Below are positions 27,801-36,600 of a DNA stretch of 64,000 nt, one piece after another (within the stretch, counting starts at the first letter, position 1; every line of letters begins with the position of its first letter). The stretch is taken from assembly GCA_013362805.1 (NCBI GenBank), contig JABFVL010000058.1, positions 38,805 through 102,804 of the forward strand, read 5' to 3'. Under the pieces are notes generated by a model. The model saw only the letters and a list, made by a program, of their open reading frames with translations. It was not told where the DNA came from and did not search any database. Both the position numbers and the translations under genes were made by a program. The stretch is from Mycobacteriales bacterium (GTDB lineage Bacteria > Actinomycetota > Actinomycetes > Mycobacteriales > QHCE01).

Positions 27801-28121
27801 GTCAAACTCTGGCATGAGTGGCTTCGGTTCCGCCGCCTCAGAATCAGACGAGGTCATGACAACCGCCGACTGAGAATCCGTAGAGCTAACGACCGAACGG
27901 TCAACACCGCCCGACCCCAGGAGCGCATTCAATGGGTCATCGTCTTGACGTGCCCTAGATGCCGCGCCATCGGGTAGTGGCTCTGAGCCCAATGAGGATG
28001 GCAAGTCAGCGAACCTAGCGGGTTCGGGTAAAGAACGCGGCTCCGGAGCCGACGCGGGGGGTGTCGTGGGAAGCCGGGGCTCAGGGGCATCAGAGCTGGA
28101 TGGCATCGACGGCGCATTCAC
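24813..28121 (-). CDS. giant-array paralog A10 (1102 aa): conserved N-terminal leader plus two tandem modules of about 360 aa; function unknown
   Basis: Uninterrupted 3.3-kb ORF with a GTG start preceded by GGAGTTGCA. The leader reads EPRSLPEPARFADLP...DDPLNALL. The internal duplication is described under the repeat features. Confidence 0.85.
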   Translation of the reverse strand: MNAPSMPSSSDAPEPRLPTTPPASAPEPRSLPEPARFADLPSSLGSEPLPDGAASRARQDDDPLNALLGSGGVDRSVVSSTDSQSAVVMTSSDSEAAEPKPLMPEFDGSAASPGPMPGDIPAVETPSEVLLGSPNDEQNLVSAKVAVPDSDNSPRSEALTPSTVDTHPDVEQPIVDAPSEPPAETEDEIQPDLQAGTALITTFESGIDPGAEAVRDEARRLALLTWKLTGRLVAGSPEPDDVAAAIGERLLDLATEQLATDKVARAAVETGWQLYEVSGMLPDTSSAPDSPKDKAQNIIAAIPRHVQKIPALLEQLQGAVERLQATPEADSEEREQAHAHIKQWLDAANDEVAQLREQQLSPQGSLLTSELTPEGQEESWIAVVDGYLSAQGDAPIDPAIFKSMAALRDMSEWLESAAEQSTSVVFEQGSRYIGAIESLGAHYARASRDPSKINHLVGQARKVLDRMSERVDRFDEETVGIRDGIQLLSENLHRFENRVAEESEPRQQPVNMANAWHTFMKRPEVGAVPAFGQIASGVADYLELHGHPEQPEESDSAVTLAADETAPSSPTDPSSTSDSSSELDGSAPERDTNPLGEPEQQSGELPGGSTLMASLSTLTDEPISPSFPPGPVLEGSERLHIPEAAPSEQSEISPNLDQGKALIATFDDGVDPGARAVRDEAKRLAYKTWELGNQLIADSPEPADLQAATGEALYELAKQQLSTDEAVRGVVENGWDLYRLAGMLPEEEGAAEFAKEQIRNLILYIPRHVGVISEYHKELREALARFDAAPEQDLATREAAEDQIKKFATRANKQAAVLSGKQLSSNGSRLALDGPAVAEEEKTWVEAMDEYFSERGTTPIDPALFESMARLRDVDSWLESAPELDTATLYKQGGALVEAARTTSTHYAGASSNYSTMGRLVAQTQGVIDRMAERIDPFSQDTAMIRSGITWLKKCLSDYDTFVKNVDERLQPGFMASKWQADVMAPSDNALADLWRSGFDQIAHGVASYAELHGGENSIEDVRDAGPRARRRQDVGGQHSDSEVEQHSGGEEESGSAGEPAGGPTTGSTSPGHLGPRAVPGLPNVVQQNPSWPSRRPGPYRR
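25080..26165 (-). repeat. A10 internal module copy 2 (about aa 653-1014)
   Basis: Copy 2 reads LDQGKALIATFDDGVDPGARAVRDEAKRLA...IPRHVGVI...PIDPALFESMARLRDVDSWLESA...DQIAHGVASYAELHG. Confidence 0.8.
26472..27554 (-). repeat. A10 internal module copy 1 (about aa 190-550)
   Basis: Copy 1 reads LQAGTALITTFESGIDPGAEAVRDEARRLA...IPRHVQKI...PIDPAIFKSMAALRDMSEWLESA...GQIASGVADYLELHG. It aligns collinearly with copy 2, at roughly 45-50% identity by eye. Confidence 0.8.
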
Positions 28122-28164
28122 TGCAACTCCAGATATAAAAGACGTAGCCAGGTGGACAGTTTGG

Positions 28165-31100
28165 TCAACGGCGAGCGGTTCGTGCTCTAGCTCGTTGACG
28201 CTCTCGTGACGCTAGAGATGGAGGAGTTGATTCTGTTTGCTGCTCAAAATTCACTCCCATCGGCGCTGACGTCGCTGCCAAACCGTCACTCTGCCGGGCA
28301 AGAAAGACCGCTAATTGCCTGTGCGTGCTCATTGTTTTGAAATTGCCCCGCGGATCAGTCCCGGAAGCCGGCACTGCCATTTCGCCATCTTCCAAGGCGC
28401 CCAAATTTTGTCCGTCGTCCTTTGGGCGATTTGTGTTGGTGGTGGCATCATTATTCACCTCACCATCGCTGACGCCCTCATCGATTGGCGCACCGTCGGG
28501 CGTGTAATCAGGGCCAGGGTCAAGCGGTGAGGCACCCGAATCGCCTGGATCTCCACCGCCATAAAATCGTTCGATTTCAGTCAAAGTCAGGCCCGCGCCA
28601 CTTTGTTCGCCCCGGATAGCGACAGCTTGTAAAGCAGTGGCCAACCGAGATACCAATTGCTCATCGGGAGCAACGCCAGCACGCTCCTGGCGCCGCACCG
28701 CCGCCGCAACCATTCGCAGCGCCGCGCTGGTACTCCCGAACGGAGCCGGCCCGGCGCTGTCCCATGCCGAACCCACCAACAACAAACTGTCAGCGACGCC
28801 GACAAGTCGGGTTGGGAGATTATCGGCGATCCCATTCGCGGCTAGCTCCGAGGCCATTTGGTCCACGTAAGTCGTCACCGCCTGCGCCAACAGAGTCGTA
28901 CTTACCGCCCGATCTATCCCAGCCGCGACAGGTACTCCACGCGCCAGCCCCTCGATGAGTTGTTCGCCCTTCCCTTCGGTCACCAGCCGCTGAGTTCTCT
29001 CCCGCAATGCTTCATCTACCTGCACGGCATTGCTATTGGTGGCATTCCAGGTCAAAGGGTCTAGCTTGAACTCGTCGTTCGACGGATCATCAGTGGCTTC
29101 GTCGTCCGCACCGTCCTCGGCTTCGGTCTGCCCGCCCGCAGAACGCCGCATGGGTCGAGAATCCCGAAGATCTGTCGGCTGGCCATCCATCACTTCTTGA
29201 CCAGCAACTAACGCATCGTTCAACACTGCCGGCAGCACAATTGTCATCATCGGAGGTTGCTCTGGCAACGGGATCCGACCTTCGCTGGGAAGCTGGTCAA
29301 GCACCTGAGCCACTTCATTACTGCCGTCTTCTATAGGGTCCGGCGCGCCAACTTTAACCTCGCTGCCACGCAACGTGCTTGCCGCCAAACGCAGCAAGGC
29401 TCTCTCGCCCGCGTCATCGTGATTAATAAACCGAACGTTTTCTCGAAGCGTGCCCGAATCCACCACTCGGTTCTTCAAAGGCTCAACATCTTCATGCGAG
29501 TCGGGCAAGCGATCCACAATCGACGACAGATCAGCATGCAGAGAATCAAGCCGACTCTCAAGCGCAGGTGTCGCGTTCGGGTCCGCACTCAGGTCCCGTA
29601 TCTCCCGCACTTTGGCGTTAAGCGTGTTTGCAAAAGGTTCTGACAGCAAACATAGCTCTGGAAAACTAAGGGTGCCGTCAACAAACTTTTCTACGGCCAA
29701 CTCGCCCACTACTTCGCGAGCCTGAATCATGCCTGGCTCAAACGATGCACATAGTTCATTAGAGGTCGCGCGCGCCATAACCGCCAGATCAGTCAGCACA
29801 TCCCGAATGCGATCCTCGGTGGATTGCTCATCGGACTCCGACGCCGCCGCCACGGCGCCAAGCGCGGAATCGAGGTCGGCCGCGAAACTATCTTGATATC
29901 TAGCAACGGCCCCCACGAGCTCAGACACCGAACCATCGCCAACCCGAGCGCCAGATGGGGAGAAAACCTCATCAAGACTTGATGCCGATTGCGACTGCTG
30001 CGGCGGCGAAGACACCGCCAGGTCCTCGCGTACCTGGTCAAGATCTGCCGCCAGTTTTTCCATCACCTGAGGGTTTGCCGGGTCAACTTCCACAATGGCG
30101 AGATCAGCGGCCACCCCTATTCCCTGTTCCTCATCGGCATATAGCTTGAGATTGAACAATGGGATTCGGACGACATGCGGCGGGTGCGGATCCGAAGGAG
30201 CGGAAACCACATCGCCGCGGGCAGGTGCAGGCGCCTCCGGCGGACCCCCTTCCTGCTCAGCGATGATGCTCGCCGGATCGAAGCCCAAGTCCTCACGCAA
30301 ACCCACAGTGGACGCCAAACTTGTGCGTTCGAAATCGGCTGGGAAAGTGCTGAGTTGAAACGGCTCTTTTACCATTTCCACGAATGGTAGAACCCGATTC
30401 AGGTCCGCCTGCAACTCGCGAAGCTCGCCTGTCGCGTGCGCCCATTGTTCGGCTGAGTCGGCCTCGCCAAGGTCACAAATGGCGCCAGCACGTTCACCTA
30501 GACGTTCACCGAAGCGATCCAGAGTGTGCAAGTAACTCGCTAGTTCATGGCGCTCAATGTCGCCCTCGGCCATCGAGGTTGATTGCCCTTCGGGTCCGAC
30601 CTCGGTATCAATCTGCGCGATGTGGTCGATGCCGGCGCGCGCCATCCGGCGCAGATTTTCTGCCTGTTGCACAGCGGCCAACGAAGATTCTCGCAATTGC
30701 GCCCGAGCTGATGTGGAATCATCGCTTTCGACAAGGGAGTCCAACCCGCGCAGTTTTAGTTCCTGATCCCGTGCCGCTTCGGCGAAATCGGATGCGCGCC
30801 GGGCCAAGGCTTGATCGAGCAACGGGTGAATTTGCGGACTGGGGGTGCGACCATTGCCTTCGGTGAGGTAATGATCGATAACGTCGATCGCTTCTGGTTG
30901 GAATCGCAGTGTTTCCGCGGCGATATCTCGAGAAGTCTCCTGAAATGCTTGACTTAGAAACAGTACTTTGAAGCCGGGCGACATGTTGTCGAAGATCAGA
31001 TCACGGATCGCCTCTTTATGTTTTGTGATCTCCGTTTCCTCGCCAATCTCGTGCATAGCTTCGATATGGCGATCAAGTAAACGGTCCACGTGCGGCCACA

Positions 31101-33582
31101 CGCGACGGAACTGTTCATAATGTTCTTCGTGTGACAACGTTGAATCACCCGAGGAAAAGGCGATATCTGATACAACGGGCGCTCCGCCATACGGCTCAAG
31201 TGCCACAAGCGGAATACGGGTCGTGCGGTCCGCCGGATCTGGCTGCGGAAAAGCCAGCTCACGCAGGCTTGGCCCAGGCAGGTTCGCGAGCCGAGCATTC
31301 GAAAGCTGGGCCATAGAGGTCTCAATGGCGTCCAAAGCTTCCGGTGGAACGTGCGCTAGTTTTCGACTTGTCAACAGCTGCACTAACGCGTTGCGCGAGT
31401 GCAATACCACTTCGCTCGTCCGATGGTGAAGCTCTTCGTATCCCTCCGCGGTACTGAAGTTCGCGAGCTCGTCGGCCCTCGCCGTCAATTGGTATAGCCT
31501 CACCGTCAATTCGCTTCGCGGGCCAAATTGCGATGGAGGGGCCAAATGTTCAGGCCCGAACGCATCGGCACCGCCGAAAGCGGCTTGATGCACTTCATTT
31601 TCCAGTGCGACCTTTTGAATCGCTTCGCGCACTTCCCGTAGGCTGATCTGTAATTTCGCGGTCAGCGCTGGCAACATACCCGAGAGTTCTTGTGGAGTTA
31701 AGGCACCCCTTTCAGTACTGGTCAAAGCTTGATTTGTTTGGTTGTCGAATGCTCCCCACAACGCATCTTCGGGATCAGCAACGTCCGCATGCTCCCGCAC
31801 ATACTCGGCGACCTGTTCACTCATCTGCCTGCCATGCAGGGTCAGCAGATCCACCGCTTCCTGCACGGCCCGCGTGGAGTCGTCGGTATCTCGCAGAATC
31901 TGCCACGCAGCTTGGACGGCCAGGTAGTTCCGATTCGCCGTGTCCTCGAGCCACGGATTGGCTGGTAGCGGCATCATGCTGATCTCATCGCCATCAGCGC
32001 TCATCATCTGCACAGGCGTTGGAGCATCACCAGAACGACCCACCGAGCGGCCTTGAGCAAGGTGCTTTTGTGACTCATACACGCGCATTTTTTGGCTTAG
32101 TTGTGCCGCGAATTCACGCCGTACCTCGTCGGGATTCGCCGCTGTAGGCACCAACACAAATTGGGTATGTAACGAAAACGTGTCTCGGTCACTGAGAAAG
32201 CCCGGATCGACGAGCAAATTGTTGTCCTGCGGTGGACGGCGGCTAGGCTCAAGCCAGGCGATACTCGGCCCCTGCGCCCGGCGTTCAGGCGGCAATTCCC
32301 CAACGGCGGGGCCTAGCAATCCGGCTTCGGGTATGCCCGCGAGCAAATCTGCGGCCAAGGCCCGACTCTCCTGACGTTCACTCGCCGTAGGACTCACCAC
32401 ATTGCGCATACTCGCAGTGGCAGTCGATACGTCTTGGCTCAGTTCGCGGAGAGATTCGCGCAAGGCCAACGCGTCCACTCTGGTTGCCCTGCCTCGGCTG
32501 TCGAATAGGTCATCAACCACACCAACAGCTTTTCCCAAGGCTGGAGACAACTGCCTATACGCCACCATCGAGGTCATTCGTTCGTCGGTTTTGTTCGCCG
32601 CCTCGGTTTGGGCACGCGCGGCGACCGCCAAGTTCACGACCAGGTTGACCGTAAGGCTGAGTTCCTCTAGTTGGCTCGGGGTGAGATCACCCTCCATGGC
32701 GTCTACTAACCGATCTAAATGCGAGCGGTGGTGTTCTAAGTGGTGGGCTGTCGCAGGAAGTAAATCAGCGGCGGCTTCTGCAAGCGTGCCAGCATCGCCC
32801 AGCTCCGTGGTGTGTTTGACCAATTCCTGCGCTGCTGTCGCGGTGGGCTGCTGGGAAGTGAACACGGCGGTGCCGAGGTCGGCCAGCTGTTGGACGAACG
32901 CATCGGGATCGAGTTCTGGATCGGCCATTGATACGCGAAGGTCAGCCACGATAGCAGCGGCTGTTGCATTTTCCGCTAGCTGCGGCTCGACACGGTTCAA
33001 AGCATCTTCGGCTTGGCGGACGAGCTCTCGGCGTTCCTCGGCGATGGGCCGTCCTGGCTGATGCACGTGGCTTACCAGCGCTGTGCCGTGGCTCCCGCCC
33101 AGCAGGACGGTCACCGTGCGCACGCCGCTCACAGATTCTGGTTCTTCATCATCGTGAGCTGTCGGAAGTTCTGGACTTTCCGGCCCGCCAGGGCCACCAT
33201 CCGCTGTTGAAGCAGGGCTACTACTTTGCGGATCGTCCATCTCGGATGGAGCGGATTGGCCCTCAGACTCGGGCGCGTTGTCGACCGGCGAGGACGCATC
33301 TTCATCATCAGGGGCTGGCGTCGAATCGTCATTGACCTCCCCGACAGCGCTCGGCGCACCATTTCCACTAGACGTGATGAGCGCATCCAGTGGGTCATCA
33401 CGCATGGGTTCGCCTGGTTGGGAGTGTTCGGCGGCATTCGACGCTAAATCAAATATCGCCGGTAATTCGGCGAAGCCGGATGGCGAGCGCAAAGAACGCG
33501 GCCGCTCGTTGGGAGTGGTCGGCACTGATGGTCCCGCCGGCTCCGATGGTTCAGATGCGGGAGGGATCGGTGAGACGTTCAC
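28165..33582 (-). CDS. giant-array paralog A9 (1805 aa, the largest member); function unknown
   Basis: Uninterrupted 5.4-kb ORF with a GTG start preceded by GGAGTCACA. The leader reads RPRSLRSPSGFAELP...DDPLDALI. A C-terminal-type block IERFYGGGDPGDSG lies about 130 aa before the end, and the protein ends in a basic tail (RERQRARARTARR). Confidence 0.85.
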   Translation of the reverse strand: MNVSPIPPASEPSEPAGPSVPTTPNERPRSLRSPSGFAELPAIFDLASNAAEHSQPGEPMRDDPLDALITSSGNGAPSAVGEVNDDSTPAPDDEDASSPVDNAPESEGQSAPSEMDDPQSSSPASTADGGPGGPESPELPTAHDDEEPESVSGVRTVTVLLGGSHGTALVSHVHQPGRPIAEERRELVRQAEDALNRVEPQLAENATAAAIVADLRVSMADPELDPDAFVQQLADLGTAVFTSQQPTATAAQELVKHTTELGDAGTLAEAAADLLPATAHHLEHHRSHLDRLVDAMEGDLTPSQLEELSLTVNLVVNLAVAARAQTEAANKTDERMTSMVAYRQLSPALGKAVGVVDDLFDSRGRATRVDALALRESLRELSQDVSTATASMRNVVSPTASERQESRALAADLLAGIPEAGLLGPAVGELPPERRAQGPSIAWLEPSRRPPQDNNLLVDPGFLSDRDTFSLHTQFVLVPTAANPDEVRREFAAQLSQKMRVYESQKHLAQGRSVGRSGDAPTPVQMMSADGDEISMMPLPANPWLEDTANRNYLAVQAAWQILRDTDDSTRAVQEAVDLLTLHGRQMSEQVAEYVREHADVADPEDALWGAFDNQTNQALTSTERGALTPQELSGMLPALTAKLQISLREVREAIQKVALENEVHQAAFGGADAFGPEHLAPPSQFGPRSELTVRLYQLTARADELANFSTAEGYEELHHRTSEVVLHSRNALVQLLTSRKLAHVPPEALDAIETSMAQLSNARLANLPGPSLRELAFPQPDPADRTTRIPLVALEPYGGAPVVSDIAFSSGDSTLSHEEHYEQFRRVWPHVDRLLDRHIEAMHEIGEETEITKHKEAIRDLIFDNMSPGFKVLFLSQAFQETSRDIAAETLRFQPEAIDVIDHYLTEGNGRTPSPQIHPLLDQALARRASDFAEAARDQELKLRGLDSLVESDDSTSARAQLRESSLAAVQQAENLRRMARAGIDHIAQIDTEVGPEGQSTSMAEGDIERHELASYLHTLDRFGERLGERAGAICDLGEADSAEQWAHATGELRELQADLNRVLPFVEMVKEPFQLSTFPADFERTSLASTVGLREDLGFDPASIIAEQEGGPPEAPAPARGDVVSAPSDPHPPHVVRIPLFNLKLYADEEQGIGVAADLAIVEVDPANPQVMEKLAADLDQVREDLAVSSPPQQSQSASSLDEVFSPSGARVGDGSVSELVGAVARYQDSFAADLDSALGAVAAASESDEQSTEDRIRDVLTDLAVMARATSNELCASFEPGMIQAREVVGELAVEKFVDGTLSFPELCLLSEPFANTLNAKVREIRDLSADPNATPALESRLDSLHADLSSIVDRLPDSHEDVEPLKNRVVDSGTLRENVRFINHDDAGERALLRLAASTLRGSEVKVGAPDPIEDGSNEVAQVLDQLPSEGRIPLPEQPPMMTIVLPAVLNDALVAGQEVMDGQPTDLRDSRPMRRSAGGQTEAEDGADDEATDDPSNDEFKLDPLTWNATNSNAVQVDEALRERTQRLVTEGKGEQLIEGLARGVPVAAGIDRAVSTTLLAQAVTTYVDQMASELAANGIADNLPTRLVGVADSLLLVGSAWDSAGPAPFGSTSAALRMVAAAVRRQERAGVAPDEQLVSRLATALQAVAIRGEQSGAGLTLTEIERFYGGGDPGDSGASPLDPGPDYTPDGAPIDEGVSDGEVNNDATTNTNRPKDDGQNLGALEDGEMAVPASGTDPRGNFKTMSTHRQLAVFLARQSDGLAATSAPMGVNFEQQTESTPPSLASRERQRARARTARR

Positions 33583-33653
33583 TGTGACTCCGAAAAGCTA
33601 GACGTGCGCGGAAATAGCAGCGCACCCAGGTATGGCTCATCAATCATGGCGCG

Positions 33654-36600
33654 TCATTTTCCGTAAGGACGAGTTGGCGGAGGTGGTGTATGTGGCGAAG
33701 GTCCTCGACCTGGTTGCGGGGGCCCCGCGCCGGGACGCCCCGGATCATCGGGGCGGCAATGCTCATAAATAGCGTCAAGCGTCCAGGTGTCAACGTCCGG
33801 CCATTTGGGTGTCGCGACGATATCGCGCAACCGATCCAAAGCAAACCGCAATCGAGCCATACTCATTTCGGTGGGTGCGCGTGGCACATCAACCTGCGCA
33901 TCCGCTTCGTCGGCCGCGCGCTGCCGGGCTTGGCCGACTGCTATCCCGGCGCTTTGGACCAAACGATGGGTTCGCAGAAGTCGCTGGCGGGCCTCTGGCA
34001 GATCACGAGCGGCTTCCTGTGCCACATTGGCGAGCTTTAAAAGTGTGTTCAGCTCCGCCTGATCGCGCACAAACCCGTCCAGCTCCTGCCACGTCGCCGG
34101 GTTGCCAACTTCAAGCTTTTGAACCATCGCGCTGATTTGTCGGGTGGCTTCTCCCAGTTTCACATCAAACGCGGCACCAAGCAGCCGGACATATATCGCG
34201 GCGCTCAAAGGGTTGGAATCGGCTCCCGTGCGCGAGTTGGCCAAGCTATCGCGCAGCGGATACAACTGTCTAACGTCTGGATGAGCGTTGGTTGGCCGAA
34301 GAACGGCCTCGGTGAGCAGTTGATCCACTTCACGCAAAACTTGACGCATTTTTTCTGGGGTTGGCGCTACCAATTGGGGTTCCAACCGTTGACGCGCCGC
34401 TTGCACTTCTTCGACGAATGAGCCGGGCTCCGGCACTGTCTCACCGCGATCTCGACGAAGAGCGTTCTCGCTGATTGTGTCAGTGTCCACGGCCATCGCG
34501 GCCTGTTCCAACCGATTAAGCAACACTCGTAGATCGCTGGCGAGCTGAGTATCAGTGCCACCTAACCGCAACTCCGGCAAGTCTATGCGGTCAAATCCCC
34601 TTTCTAGGGGAAGATCAAGTTTGAGCGGGGGGCCCTGTCTTGGCGGCTCAAACGGCTGATGAAAGCCCGGCCATCTGTCTGGGGGCACTGGCGGGGCCGG
34701 GGTGGCGCTGGTGAGATCAACGAGATTTTGTTCCGGAAGCCTGCCGTTCCAAAAGGGATTAAGGCTTTTCAGTTCATCGAGCCGCTCGCTGATGCCTTCT
34801 ACTTCGCCCGGTCCGAACTTGGGGCTGTCTGCTTCAGTCAATTCATCGCACAGATTGTCGATATCTTCCAACATCGCGCCAGCTACGAAAAACGCGGATT
34901 GGCCTTCAGCCACTCCTCGCGTCGCGGTATGCACAGCGGCAACGCGCTCTTTTAAATCGATGAGACCAGCTACCACTTGACGGCGCCTGTCCGTCGGGTC
35001 CGCATCAGACCTGGTGTCGTATAGCGGCTCACTCAGCATGTCGATGCGAGTTTCCAGGTCTATCCGGAACAAGCTTTGGTTTGTCTGGAATAGCTCGCAA
35101 CTTGGATCTTCTTTAGCGGAGCCCCAAAGACGCTCATCCATTTGGGACTGCAGTTCTTCAAATCCGTCGCTCGCACGTCTATGAAAGAACGCTCGGTCCT
35201 GGATTCCGGCCACGCTGCCCATCACTTGAGCCAATCCCACATCCACCCCGCGTGGATCAAGTTCGTCGGATTCCGCGGTTCGTTCTTTGAAATCCTCGAC
35301 GTTTTTTACTAGCTCTTCATAACGGCGGACCTGTTCTTCCGCGAAATCAATCGTCGACCCCGAAGACGCATCTGATACCCGCACCACAGCAGTGTTCCGG
35401 TGTAACTCAACAGTGTCAGGCGCATCGGAATCCTCAGCCAGACGAAATCCATTTAGCGCGCGTTCTCTTGCCCTTGCCCTGTCTAGCCCCTCACGGGCCT
35501 GCTGCTCAATGTCGTCGATTTTCGCCAGTGGATTATCGCTCACCGGAAGACTCAGGGTGTCGACAACAAATCTCGCCAACCCGTCCTCGTCCTTCTCAAG
35601 TGCGGGAATGTGCACATCGCGCCTGCCAACGATCCCCGCCGACAGGTCGATTGGCGGGTACCACTCCACGGCTGGCTCCGGCACTGGCTCGGGAATCTCA
35701 GACTGTCCAGTCGGCTCTGGCTCGGGTGGGTCCGGCACGCTCAGCGTGCCCGCTCGCGCCGCAGCAATAAATGTCTCCGCGGTATCGCCAGCGATATGGG
35801 AAAAGTTCGTTGGAGTTGGCTCTTCGTCAGCAGGATCTTCGGTGGGAAAGAACCGGGCACTCAATGCTTCATGCGCCCGCGCTATGGCCGAAGCCCGCTG
35901 CCCCACATCATCCAGGGACGCGATGAGAGCGGTCGCGTCCCCACCGGCTCGACGAACAAAATCAGCTAATGCCACACCGCTGTCTATTGTGGCCAGCTCC
36001 GCGCGCTGCTCATCGGTGAGTGTTGCCGCTGCTGAGGCAATATTGGTGGTCAACTCTTCTGGGAGTGCGGCCAGCGCGGCGCCAGCCTGACTTGCCTCAC
36101 GGACGATATCGCTCGACTCAGCAATGAAATTCGCGAGCCGTGTCGCCCGTTCAAAAGAATCGTCGTGCTCGGCAAGTCTTGCGGCGCAGGCCGTCGCGTG
36201 CTCCGCCAATCGCGCATATTCCCGCGAAAGCTCCGCCAACGCGGTGGCATCAGGTTTTATATTTGGCTGAGTCGCTCCCAGTATCTCCACAACTAGGCCG
36301 CTCATCGCCGCATCGATCCGCTCGCCAGCACTGCGCGCGACCGTGAGTGGGGCAACGCCCCGCTCGCCGAGTTCGTCGAGACATTCACTGAGTGCACGGG
36401 CCATCTCGGATGCGGGAATCGTGCCCTCGACAGCGCGCCCCATCTGGACCAAAGTGTTGTAATAACCATCGAGCGCATCAACACGAAGAGCGGCTTCTGC
36501 CCGGCTCCGTAGAGCCCGCTGCTGCAACAGAAACTCATCGGCATGCACCGTTAAAGATTCGTCTACTTCCGACTGGGCATGTAAACCGTCAAGTCCATCG

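Noticed and set aside
33583-33653. Internal promoter or terminator in the 71-nt A8/A9 gap (GTGCGC-N10-GCGCAC hairpin)
   Set aside because: It has only a 6-bp stem with a 10-nt loop and no U-tract, which is too weak to call. It is mentioned under the coupling finding as the place to look for an internal TSS.
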